63,488 bases of DNA from Syntrophomonadaceae bacterium (GTDB taxonomy: Bacteria; Bacillota; Syntrophomonadia; Syntrophomonadales; Syntrophomonadaceae), in contig DAIMDR010000001.1 in assembly GCA_036725705.1 (NCBI GenBank), positions 1-63,488 on the forward strand, read 5' to 3'. Shown here in pieces: positions 27,895 through 37,346 of this stretch. Made by a program: the position numbers and the translations under genes. Each line of letters begins with the position of its first letter. The first letter of the stretch is position 1. The notes beneath the pieces are model-generated. The model did no database searches. It was not told where the DNA came from and was given only the letters and a program-made list of their open reading frames with translations.

Positions 27895-28405
27895 GAACCG
27901 TCCGAAACCGCCTGAAAAAGTCCTCTTTTGCGTGTCATTCTGAACGATAGTGAAGCAACCTTAATAGCGACCTTAAGGAGCATCGGCAACATTAATTACA
28001 CCCGACAGGGTGTATCGGTGGTACCCGTGAGGGTGAAGTCCCTTAGGGGGGAATCTCGTTGGTAATCCCAATATTACGGCCTTAGAAGAGATCCTTCGTC
28101 CCTGTAGCTCCTCAGGATGACATTTATGGTACTTTTTCAGTGATCTCGAACCGTCCGAGACTGCTGAAAAAGTCCTTTTTTACATGTCATTCTGAACGAT
28201 AGTGAAGCAACCTTAATAGCGACCTTAAGGAGCATCGGCAACATTAATTACACCCGACAGGGTGTATCGGTGGTACCCGTGAGGGTGAAGTCCCTTAGGG
28301 GGGAATCTCGTTGGTAATCCCAATATTACGGCCTTTAAAAGAGATCCTTCCTCGCCTGCAGCTCCTCAGGATGACATTTATGGTACTTTTTCAGTGATCT
28401 CGAAC
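27895..28405 (+). repeat. Two tandem near-identical copies (period about 252 nt) of a highly structured repeat, separated by a terminator-like hairpin
   Basis: The cores at 27934-28121 and 28186-28374 are each closed by the 10-bp stem GTCATTCTGA/TCAGGATGAC. On the plus strand the internal hairpins carry GNRA loops (CACCC-GACA-GGGTG and CCC-GTGA-GGG). The junction hairpin CTTTTTCAG...CTGAAAAAG plus T6 spans 28132-28181. Half-hairpins sit at both outer ends. Confidence 0.85.
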
Positions 28406-28429
28406 TGTTCCCTTGACACTTTTGACACT

Positions 28430-30190
28430 TTATGGTTTGGGATAAGTAACTTTAGCCTCTCTTAAATCACTATTCCAGCCAACCTGACATCCCAGATTTT
28501 CGCTTATAAAACGCAATGGAAGCATGGTGCGTCCCGGCGGTAAGATTTGCGGGGCTACCTGCGCATTATCCGGGTCAATCCTTTTTTCCACCCCGTTGAT
28601 CAAGGCGGTGTTTTTACCAATCCACATTTCGATTCTGGTTTCATTATTACTTATGGTAACTTTGCGGGTGTCCGGGTCCCATCCAACTTCGGCACCCAAA
28701 GGTGTTGCCACATAGCGGATTGGCAGCAGGGTCCGGGCATCTATGATAACCGGAGCTGTATCCATAGGGGTAGTAATATCATTGATATAATATTGGGCTT
28801 TGTCAATATAAAAGCGTAATATTGTGGTCTTGCCGACAATATCAGTCGGGGGCTGATTTTCCTGCGGAGGTTGTACAACTGATGCCTGTTGGGTAGTGGC
28901 ACTGGTCAGTGAAGAATAATTCGAATCCCCTGCACTGTTATAGGCTTTAACTCGGTAAAAATAAGTAGTTGATGCTGTAAGCCCCTTATCATCATAAGCA
29001 GCGCTTCCTGCCGGCAGTTCTGCGATTTGAGTATAACCGCCTACTTGAGTCAACGAACGTTCGAGCTTAAATCCACTTTCATTATTGGCATTATCCTTCC
29101 AACCCAGTTTTATTTGTGAATCTGAAATCGCTGTAGCCATCAATTCAGATGGTGCCTCCGGCTTAACTGCCGGAGGAGTTCCGGTAGTAGTAGCACTTAA
29201 GATATTGCTATCCGCAGACCCCAGCGCATTATAAGCGGATACATAGTAATAATATTTGGTGCCCGGCAGCAATCCGGTATCGCCGTATCCATTCCATCCT
29301 CCGCTGTCACTGTCATATACTTTACTGAAATTAGCCTCTCCGTCTTTTTTACGATAAATATAAAAGCCGGTTTCGTTGGTGGAGTTGTTTTTCCAGGTAA
29401 GGTCAATACGGGTATCATCTGAACCGGGAAGGGCTGTCAACAGGGTAGGTGCTAATGGTTTGCTGTTTACTATTTCCAGGGTAGTAGCAGCAGCATCATT
29501 GCTAAATGGCGAAGAACCAATACTATTATACGCTGTAACTACATAATGATACTTGGTTCCGGGAGTAAGTCCGGTATCATGGAAACTGGTAATGTTGGGG
29601 CTTGTATTTCCTATGCTGGTATAGCCGGGAGCACCCTCAAGCTTCCGATGTATGAAGAATCCGCTTTCATTAAAAGATTTATCTGTCCAGGCCAAATCCA
29701 CAGTATCCGTAGTAGTACCTGTAACAGTCAGGTCAGCGGGAGCTGCTGGTTTTATCAGAATGGGTCCCATTAATTTTTTAATACTGAAAGTTCCACTGTC
29801 ATTATAGTAATGCTTGATAACCGGATGAGGGGGGTATCCCTGAAATAAACTTCTTGCGATATCAATTTTTATGATTCCCTGGGTGGTAGGAGATGTCGGA
29901 ACTGTCCAGGTATACGTTCCGGGATTGCCGTCTAATATTTCCTGAGAATACCAAGAGGTTCCACCATCAGAAGAATACATGATATTAACTGATTGTACTA
30001 TTCCGCCGGCATCCCAGGTAATGTCATAACTGCTACCGGCAGTAAGTATTGCCCCGGCTGCCGGGGTGTTGATAATAATATTCGTATCCAGTTCAGGTAC
30101 ATATTCGGCTCGGGCCGCATATACCTCCGTGAAGACCATGCCCAGTATAAAAACAAACATCATTGCCAACCAAAAGAAACGCTTTTTCAT
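28430..30190 (-). CDS. Secreted protein with three fibronectin-type-III repeats and a C-terminal copper-amine-oxidase N-terminal-like (stalk) domain
   Basis: Signal peptide MKKRFFWLAMMFVFILGMVFTEVYA. Three repeats of the type P..L.....S...I.L.W.DNS.NE.GF.I.RK are present. The C-terminus has LLPIRYVATPLGAEVGWD ... MLPLRFISENLGCQVGWN. Confidence 0.8.
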   Translation of the reverse strand: MKKRFFWLAMMFVFILGMVFTEVYAARAEYVPELDTNIIINTPAAGAILTAGSSYDITWDAGGIVQSVNIMYSSDGGTSWYSQEILDGNPGTYTWTVPTSPTTQGIIKIDIARSLFQGYPPHPVIKHYYNDSGTFSIKKLMGPILIKPAAPADLTVTGTTTDTVDLAWTDKSFNESGFFIHRKLEGAPGYTSIGNTSPNITSFHDTGLTPGTKYHYVVTAYNSIGSSPFSNDAAATTLEIVNSKPLAPTLLTALPGSDDTRIDLTWKNNSTNETGFYIYRKKDGEANFSKVYDSDSGGWNGYGDTGLLPGTKYYYYVSAYNALGSADSNILSATTTGTPPAVKPEAPSELMATAISDSQIKLGWKDNANNESGFKLERSLTQVGGYTQIAELPAGSAAYDDKGLTASTTYFYRVKAYNSAGDSNYSSLTSATTQQASVVQPPQENQPPTDIVGKTTILRFYIDKAQYYINDITTPMDTAPVIIDARTLLPIRYVATPLGAEVGWDPDTRKVTISNNETRIEMWIGKNTALINGVEKRIDPDNAQVAPQILPPGRTMLPLRFISENLGCQVGWNSDLREAKVTYPKP

Positions 30191-30413
30191 CACAACTCCT
30201 CCTATTCATTGGATGTTTATGGATTTTAATTACAGTGCCGATTTTATTTTATCACAATTTAATACAAGTAATTTGCTACCGAAAAAATACACTTATAACC
30301 TAAATTAAAAATTTTAAAATATTAAATTGTAATAAAGGAAATTAAATCCTTTTTCTAGAATTTTATTAATAATTATCGACCCTTTAATTCATTATAAAGA
30401 GGAGGAAACAATT

Positions 30414-32282
30414 ATGCGAAGAGTCCTTTTGTTGGCATTCCTTATTTCATTTTCCGTGATTGCTGCTTTTATTTTCCCGGCTAATGCTTCTGCAGCATTA
30501 GTAATACCAATTACCAATCTGGAAGTGTTGCCATCCAACCAGTCAGCTGATGTAGGAGAAACAGTTACCTACAAGGCTATGTCAACGAATGCTGCCGGGA
30601 AGGTAACTGATGTAACCAATCTATGCGACTGGTTTATTGGAGACAGTACAATAGCCCAGAATATCTCACCAGGCGAATTTAAGGCTTTAAAAGCCGGAAC
30701 TACTATAGTATGGGCTAAGTGGGAGAGATTCCCTGAAGGCTCCAATGAAGCCGGTTTGACAGTTACCGAACCACAAGGAAAACCAATTCTGGTTATTGAG
30801 CCTGCCAATGCCAGCATTCTTAAAGGGGAATCCCAGCAATATCGAGCTTACCTGCGCAACACCTTGGGAGATGCGCCTAATCTGGATGTAACTGATGCAT
30901 GTGTCTGGGAAATTAATAATCCAATTGCCGAACTACAGGATCAGGGCCTTTTCCAGGGTATTGCTATCGGTAATGCCATAGTTACCGCCCATTATTATAA
31001 GGCTTCTCCAGTTGCTACACATTATGTTCCCCCACTGGATCTTCTTGCCAGAGCCACTCTGGAAGTGAAAGACAAGACAACCAGATACTGGTTGGAAGTC
31101 ACTCCTCCAACAGCTACTATAATGGTTGGAGAATCCCGGCAGTATACTGCCACGTTATACAGTTCGGATAATGCTGCCGGTGATGATGTAACTTCCATCT
31201 GTAGCTGGGCTATTGCAGAGAATATTGCCAACCCGGTAGCCAAAGGAAAATACCAGGGTACCAGTGAGGGTACTACCACGGTTACTGCCACCTATAATCC
31301 GGTTCAGGAAGCCATTAATGGAGAATCGAGCATTATGGAGCTAAGCGATGATGCCGTACTAATTGTGCTTGAAAATGAAATTCCCCCGCCAACTGAAAAT
31401 CTGCCTGACGGCAAAATGATCGACCGGCAGCCAGGTTATATAACACTTTGCGATCCTCAAAATTTAGGTAACCCCGGAAATGAGTTTTTTATCGATTTTG
31501 ATCAGAGCAAAATGGATACTAATCCGGATCGTTATCCAAAAGCATTCTATTGGAATACCAGCTATCAAAAATGGGTGGCACTTACTACTTATCCGGTTGC
31601 AAACGGTAAAGTAAAAGTTCTTAACGACGGCAATTATTCCGGATGGTTTGTAGTCATGGGATGCATTCAGCCAAACTTCACTGATATCGGTGGACATTGG
31701 GCTGAAAAAATTGCCAATCGCATGAACGGGCTGGGACTTCTGGAAGGTTATCCTGACCCTCAGAATCCCAATAGCCTTACCCGTCCGGCGGGTCTGGACC
31801 GTATCATTATTCGTTCCGAGCTTACGGCAGCAGTATCCAGAATACTTGGCCTGGCACCCGGCGACACGCATCTTTATAGCAGCATTACCTATATGACTGC
31901 CGCAGAGAATGACCAGATTTTGCAGGCTAAATATAGCGATGCTGATCAAATTCCTGAATGGGCCAGACCATATGTTGCAGCTATGACCAAAGCTGGTCTG
32001 GTTAGTGGTAAAGGTGATCGTTTTGCCCCCAACGACCAGTTAACCAGAATTGAAGCTGCGGTTATTATTTCCAATGCTTTGAAAAATGTTCCCGGATTTG
32101 GAACTCCAGCTGACCTGAGTACTTACTCAGATTACAGTCAAGTTCCCGGCTGGGCTGTTGGCAAAGTAGCTCAGGGTACCATCAATGGTTATCCGGATGG
32201 AACCCTTCGTCCCAACCAGACTATAAACCGTGCCGAATCCCTGACCCTTCTGCTTACCTTGCTCAGAGGTCTGGACTGGTAG
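30414..32282 (+). CDS. Cell-surface protein with four Big_2-like Ig repeats and three C-terminal SLH domains
   Basis: A signal peptide is present. The repeats are of the type L.V.P....I..GES.QY.A.L. The C-terminus has FTDIGGHWAEKIANRMNGLGLLEGY and two further SLH-like units. Confidence 0.8.
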   Translation: MRRVLLLAFLISFSVIAAFIFPANASAALVIPITNLEVLPSNQSADVGETVTYKAMSTNAAGKVTDVTNLCDWFIGDSTIAQNISPGEFKALKAGTTIVWAKWERFPEGSNEAGLTVTEPQGKPILVIEPANASILKGESQQYRAYLRNTLGDAPNLDVTDACVWEINNPIAELQDQGLFQGIAIGNAIVTAHYYKASPVATHYVPPLDLLARATLEVKDKTTRYWLEVTPPTATIMVGESRQYTATLYSSDNAAGDDVTSICSWAIAENIANPVAKGKYQGTSEGTTTVTATYNPVQEAINGESSIMELSDDAVLIVLENEIPPPTENLPDGKMIDRQPGYITLCDPQNLGNPGNEFFIDFDQSKMDTNPDRYPKAFYWNTSYQKWVALTTYPVANGKVKVLNDGNYSGWFVVMGCIQPNFTDIGGHWAEKIANRMNGLGLLEGYPDPQNPNSLTRPAGLDRIIIRSELTAAVSRILGLAPGDTHLYSSITYMTAAENDQILQAKYSDADQIPEWARPYVAAMTKAGLVSGKGDRFAPNDQLTRIEAAVIISNALKNVPGFGTPADLSTYSDYSQVPGWAVGKVAQGTINGYPDGTLRPNQTINRAESLTLLLTLLRGLDW

Positions 32283-32306
32283 ATTTAAATACCAATTTAA
32301 ACCTTA

Positions 32307-32339
32307 AAGCCCCGGCTCTGTTTCAAAAGGCCGGGGCTT
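32307..32339. terminator. Bidirectional terminator hairpin between two convergent genes
   Basis: Stem AAGCCCCGGC/GCCGGGGCTT with a 12-nt loop, lying between the stop at 32282 (+) and the stop at 32376 (-). Confidence 0.65.
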
Positions 32340-32375
32340 AACTTATTTAAGGGTATACTATATCAGGATGCTGTT

Positions 32376-35300
32376 TCATTCCCGAAAAACGCCCGGGCCC
32401 TGCAATATACTGCGGCCTCCGGATTGAGAAATCACCTGTATCCGAGTGCTTATTCTCTCCTTCAGGGCGGGAACATGCGAAATTACACCAATCAGCTTGC
32501 CATCCTGCTGTAGTTCCGCCAGGGTAGTCAGGGCGGTATCAAGGGTATCTTCATCCAGAGCTCCAAATCCTTCATCCAGGAACAATGAGTCTACGCTAAC
32601 CTTATGACTGGCCATACCGGACAAACCCAGGGCCAGGGCCAGACTGACCAGGAAACTCTCGCCTCCGGACAAGTTGGCGGTAGAACGAATCTCTCCCGCC
32701 TGATAGTGATCAATAACATTTAACTCCAGGTTCTGGTCATAGCTGCGTACCAGCCTGTAACGGTCACTCATTTTCTGCAGTTGACGGTTGGCATGGTTTA
32801 TCATAATATCAAAGCTCAAACCCTGGGCAAAATTGCGATACTTCTTACCATCTGCCGAGCCAATTAAATCATGTAAAACCTGCCAGCCTCGCAGTTGTTC
32901 ATTTTGAATTTCTATCTTCTTAAGATGTTCCTGCATCTGTTTGCGGGAGTGGTCGTTTTCCTGCAGAGTTCTCCGAATATCACGGATACTATCCTGTAAA
33001 TCACTCAACTCCTGAGCACAGACAGGTAAACCAGCCTGTAAAACCTCATAAGACTGATTGGTTATCTGTTTATCTTTTTCCTGCTGCAGTTTATCCTGGC
33101 GGTCAGCCAGACGGGTTTGCAACCCGGTTTTTTCCTTTTCAAATTGTTCCATTTGTAAGGATAGTGATTCCTGCTCATCTGCAGGTAAACAGGCCTGTAA
33201 ATAATTTTCTTCCTCATTAAAACCAGTCTGCTGCAAACCAGCTATGAAATCCTGCTCCATAGTCTGTAATTCCAGTGAACGCTTTTGCACATCATCACCT
33301 AGTTTTTCCTCCTGCTTTTGTAAATGATTCAGGTGTTGTTTTAGTTCTTCCACATAATCACGCGCCTGTCCTACTCTATCCTCAGCTATATTTATTTCTT
33401 TATCCAGACGCTCCTCTTCCCTGTCCGGATTACGGTCAGCATATAATTCAAAACGGACCTTCCGCTGCACCTGGCATTGTTCCCCGAGTCCGTCCAGCCT
33501 GATTTGGTTGCTCTGTATAGCATTTTTGCCGGTTTGCCAGCGGAACTGTTTTATTTCCAGTTCATTTTGGCCAGCGCTAATATCTTTTTCCAAACGCAAG
33601 CCCTCGGTCTGATTATACTCCCACAAATCCTTGCGTTGCCTCAGACCTTCAATTATTTCCGCCAGTCCATCCAGGGGAAGCTCTGAAATATCATAGGGGG
33701 CTAATTCCTTTAATACTGCCGCCTGTAAATTAAGCACTTCAGATTTTATATTCCGGTACTCCCGTTGCAGTCGTTCATTATCTTTGCAGGCCTGTTGCTG
33801 CTGCCAGCTGGACTGCTGCAGCTGCAATTCCGAGTTTTTGAACATAGTTTGCGCTTCATCATAGCCGGCACTTAATTCCTTTATCGCTTCCTCTGAAGTT
33901 TCCATGGCAATAATTTTTTCATTATACTCAATAATGTTTTGCTCATTTACAAGCAATAACGATTCAATTTCTGCAACCATATTCTCTTCACTAAATTGGA
34001 GATTCAATTCAGCCATAACCACATTCTGCAACTCAGACTCATTTCGCATAAGCTGCTCATTATCCTGCACTGCTTTAAGCGTATTTTCCAGCCGGTTATT
34101 TACTTTGGCCACTTCTATTTTTCCCTGCTGTATTTCCTGATTAACCTTTTTCAACAGCTGTCGGGACGCATGCAGATTTTGTTCAGTTTCATCCAACTGC
34201 GGTACATTTCCACTGGCAAAGGGATGTTCGGTAGACCCGCATAACGGACAGGCTTTGCCGTCTTCCAATCTGCTCCGTTCTTCTTCCAGGTCTTGAATAC
34301 GATTCAGTAGCATTACCTGGGTTTCCAGATGGGCCGCTTCCCGTTCCAGGTTTCCGGCTTCTTCTTCGCCTGCTTCTATTGCAGTTATCAACTGCTGCTG
34401 CTGTTGTTCCAGTTGCTCGATCAACCGCCGGTTATTTACCAATTCACTATCCAACTGACTAACTTTAGTTAGAATCTGTTTCAACTCTGCCATTCGGTTT
34501 TCCCTATACCTGTAGTCATCTAATCTGGTACGCCACCAGCTTAACCGATGTCCTTGCAGGCTGGCGTTTAAACTGTCCTGATTATTTTTTAATACTCTAT
34601 ACTGCCTTTCCATAGCGGCACGATTATTTTCACAGGCAACCGCAATTTCCTGTTGGGATATGGTTAGAATCTGCAAGTTTTCTTCATTGGTTAGCCATTC
34701 TGCCTGCTTGTTTTTTAAAGCAGCCGATAAGTCCATCAATTGATTAAAACTACGGGTTATTCCAGTGAGACCGCCAACCAGACCGGCATCATGACGGTTA
34801 TCTATGCAGTATTTTTCAATTTCGTCCCGGTTTTTTTGCTTATCCTGCAAATTCTTTTGCTGCTCAGCTATTTTGGTCTGTAAATCTGAACACTCCAGCT
34901 CAGCTGTTGCAATAACCGACTGGATTTCTTCCATCTGCTGTTGAAGCTGCCTGATTAAAACATCTATTTCCCTTACTCTTTTAGCCGTTTCCCCTTCCGA
35001 CCTGCGTAATATTTTTAATTCCTGCAGCTTATTGCCGGCCTCCTGCCAGGCCTGCACCGCCTTCTGCAGCGCCTCCTTCTGCCCGGGCAAATCCTGCCTG
35101 ACTTTAATCAGACTGGTCGTATCATCCTTTTGTGATTGCCTGGCATTGCAAAGATTGGCATAGGACACATCTAAGGCTGATGCCTGCCGCGCCGCCAGCA
35201 GTCGGTCCTGTTCGGGCTGAAATGCTGCCTGCTGCTGTAAATAATCCTGCCATTGCTGATCAATGGTTTTAATTTCACTTTCCAGTTCATTCAGCTTTTC

Positions 35301-36047
35301 CAGCCAGGCCAATGCTTCCCGCATATTCGCAAGTTGTTGCTGCTGTTCTTTTTCATGGGTGATTTTAAGTTGCCATTCATCCTGCAGCTGTTCTTCTTCG
35401 GAGGCACTTAACAGCTTCATGCCAGTTGTTTCTGCCTGCAGAACTTCCAGACGGTTTTTTTCTTCCCGACTTCTTTCATGCACTTTTCTGGAAATTTCAC
35501 TGTAAATTTCCGTGCCGGTTATCGATTCTAAAATGGGGGCCCGTTCATCAGCTGAGGCCTGCAGAAAAGCTGCAAAAGCCCCCTGGGCCAACAGCATGGC
35601 CCGCGTAAACTGGTTAAAATTCATGCCGGTAATTTCTTCTACCCGAGCAGCTACATCCCGGATTTTATTCTCCAATACCTGACCGGTACGGGCATCAACT
35701 ATCTCATGTTTATGGGCTTGCAGATTGCCATCCGGTTTTTTTCTGGCCCGTTGCTGGCTCCAGTGACAACGATACTGTCCTTCCCGGGTCTCAAAGGTTA
35801 TCTCCGCATAACAACTGCCGGTATGACGGGACATAATCTCATTACTATTGCTGTTTATACTGGCCAGACGCGGGGTACGCCCGTACAAGGCCAGACAGAT
35901 AGCATCCAGAATGGAGGTTTTACCGGCCCCGGTGGGCCCGGTAATGGCAAATATGCCATCCGACAGATAAGCCGGGTGGGATAAATCTATACTCCACTCT
36001 CCGATAAGGGAATTCAGGTTTTGAAAGCGTATCTGATGAATTTTCAC
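32376..36047 (-). CDS. sbcC: SbcC (Rad50-like) DSB-repair ATPase
   Basis: 1223 aa. The N-terminus MKIHQIRFQNLNSLIGEWSIDL...ITGPTGAGKTSILDAICLALYG closely resembles E. coli SbcC. There are long coiled coils with the zinc hook CPLCGS. The C-terminal signature is LSGGESFLVSLALALG and Walker B is LFLDEGFG. Confidence 0.93.
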   Translation of the reverse strand: MKIHQIRFQNLNSLIGEWSIDLSHPAYLSDGIFAITGPTGAGKTSILDAICLALYGRTPRLASINSNSNEIMSRHTGSCYAEITFETREGQYRCHWSQQRARKKPDGNLQAHKHEIVDARTGQVLENKIRDVAARVEEITGMNFNQFTRAMLLAQGAFAAFLQASADERAPILESITGTEIYSEISRKVHERSREEKNRLEVLQAETTGMKLLSASEEEQLQDEWQLKITHEKEQQQQLANMREALAWLEKLNELESEIKTIDQQWQDYLQQQAAFQPEQDRLLAARQASALDVSYANLCNARQSQKDDTTSLIKVRQDLPGQKEALQKAVQAWQEAGNKLQELKILRRSEGETAKRVREIDVLIRQLQQQMEEIQSVIATAELECSDLQTKIAEQQKNLQDKQKNRDEIEKYCIDNRHDAGLVGGLTGITRSFNQLMDLSAALKNKQAEWLTNEENLQILTISQQEIAVACENNRAAMERQYRVLKNNQDSLNASLQGHRLSWWRTRLDDYRYRENRMAELKQILTKVSQLDSELVNNRRLIEQLEQQQQQLITAIEAGEEEAGNLEREAAHLETQVMLLNRIQDLEEERSRLEDGKACPLCGSTEHPFASGNVPQLDETEQNLHASRQLLKKVNQEIQQGKIEVAKVNNRLENTLKAVQDNEQLMRNESELQNVVMAELNLQFSEENMVAEIESLLLVNEQNIIEYNEKIIAMETSEEAIKELSAGYDEAQTMFKNSELQLQQSSWQQQQACKDNERLQREYRNIKSEVLNLQAAVLKELAPYDISELPLDGLAEIIEGLRQRKDLWEYNQTEGLRLEKDISAGQNELEIKQFRWQTGKNAIQSNQIRLDGLGEQCQVQRKVRFELYADRNPDREEERLDKEINIAEDRVGQARDYVEELKQHLNHLQKQEEKLGDDVQKRSLELQTMEQDFIAGLQQTGFNEEENYLQACLPADEQESLSLQMEQFEKEKTGLQTRLADRQDKLQQEKDKQITNQSYEVLQAGLPVCAQELSDLQDSIRDIRRTLQENDHSRKQMQEHLKKIEIQNEQLRGWQVLHDLIGSADGKKYRNFAQGLSFDIMINHANRQLQKMSDRYRLVRSYDQNLELNVIDHYQAGEIRSTANLSGGESFLVSLALALGLSGMASHKVSVDSLFLDEGFGALDEDTLDTALTTLAELQQDGKLIGVISHVPALKERISTRIQVISQSGGRSILQGPGVFRE

Positions 36048-36058
36048 CCTGTTCCCTC

Positions 36059-37288
36059 CTATTCTGCCCTTAAGTCTTCTGTATTTAACAAATCAACCAC
36101 TTCGTTATATAACTTTAGCAACTCCTCGCGTTGCTCATCTTCTACATCGTGGGCTTGCAAACATAATTCGAAAACTTCAGTGACATCCAGCTCACTGAGC
36201 ATTTCCCCCTCACCCAGGAGGCTCTTGTCCTGCTCCCAGAGACGATTGTTTTTCACACGCAGAATTTCCAGGTCGGTATCGGCTACCAATTCGTCCAGCT
36301 TTTCCCGTAAATCACTTATTATTTCCGCACCTTCATAAATAATTTCCAGCCATACCCTCTGTGCTTCGGACTTAAGCAAAACAATTTGCTGCTCAACCTG
36401 CTGCCAATCACCGCGGATACTTTGCAGGGCCTGGAAAAGCGGAACCGAAAGCGGAGTAATTTTCATCCGGCCCTCATTAAAATTTATCGTAATAACCTGC
36501 TTGTCCCGGGAAGCTTCACCAAAACTCATGGGCAGAGGCGTCCCGCAATAACGAATATTTTCCTGACCCGCAACCAGCTGGGCAGTATGTAAATGCCCCA
36601 GGGCTACATAATCAAATTCTGTCGAAAATATATCTGCTCCCACATGGACCAAAGTGCCTACATACAAGTCCCTGACCCCGTCACCCTCCACCTTGCTTCC
36701 GCCGGCAGCAAACAAGTGACCCATAGCTACAACCGGAACCGGCTTTTCCAACTCTTTCAGAACATCCTGAGCCTGCCTGGCCACCAGAGCATAATGTCCG
36801 CGAATCCCCTCAATCAGCTTTCGTTCCTTATCTTCCGGGGTTTCCCCGGCTTCCACGCTGCGGATATCCCGATCACGCAGATATGGAACTGCACAAACGA
36901 TTAATTCTGCTTCCCCATTGGCATCCTTTAACAGCAGAACTTCCTCTTCCGGGCGTTCTCCAATACTCCCTGCTATGTAAACCTGCAGATGGCGCAGTAA
37001 ATCACGGGGAGCATTCAGAAAAGAAGGGGAATCATGGTTGCCGGCTGTTATTACTACATGCCGGCAGGATGATTCGGCTGCCCGGCACAAAAATTGGTAA
37101 TACAACTCCTGGGCCCGATTGCCGGGAGTAGCAGTATCAAAAATATCCCCGGCTACCAGTAATACATCAATATGCTCCTGCTCCAGCAGTTGGGCCAGCC
37201 AATCCAAAAAGGCGTCAAACTCATCATATCGTTTGCGCCCGTACAGGGACCGGCCCAGATGCCAGTCTGAGGTATGTAATACTTTCAT
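36059..37288 (-). CDS. sbcD: SbcD (Mre11-like) nuclease
   Basis: MKVLHTSDWHLGR, GDIFD, GNHD and GHLH phosphoesterase motifs are present. The ATG at 37288 has the RBS AAGGGGGA 6 nt upstream. The track ORF start at 37363 would overlap recQ. Confidence 0.92.
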   Translation of the reverse strand: MKVLHTSDWHLGRSLYGRKRYDEFDAFLDWLAQLLEQEHIDVLLVAGDIFDTATPGNRAQELYYQFLCRAAESSCRHVVITAGNHDSPSFLNAPRDLLRHLQVYIAGSIGERPEEEVLLLKDANGEAELIVCAVPYLRDRDIRSVEAGETPEDKERKLIEGIRGHYALVARQAQDVLKELEKPVPVVAMGHLFAAGGSKVEGDGVRDLYVGTLVHVGADIFSTEFDYVALGHLHTAQLVAGQENIRYCGTPLPMSFGEASRDKQVITINFNEGRMKITPLSVPLFQALQSIRGDWQQVEQQIVLLKSEAQRVWLEIIYEGAEIISDLREKLDELVADTDLEILRVKNNRLWEQDKSLLGEGEMLSELDVTEVFELCLQAHDVEDEQREELLKLYNEVVDLLNTEDLRAE

Positions 37289-37346
37289 AACCATTCCCCC
37301 CTTAAGAAGGTATAAGCCACTATGTTCAGTTAGATCAAAAGACGCG

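Noticed and set aside
28015-28030. T-box-like sequence GGTGGTACCCGTG inside the structured repeat, together with TTCGTCCCT about 80 nt downstream.
   Set aside because: The spacing to the terminator-like hairpin is wrong for a T-box antiterminator. I could not identify a Stem I specifier architecture, and no aminoacyl-tRNA synthetase or amino-acid gene follows. The element also occurs in both orientations.
27895-28405. Possibility that the tandem repeats are a CRISPR array or a ToxI-like antitoxin RNA array.
   Set aside because: There are only two units of about 252 nt with no unique spacers. There are no cas genes and no adjacent toxin (ToxN/AbiE-type) gene. The unit length is far outside both classes.
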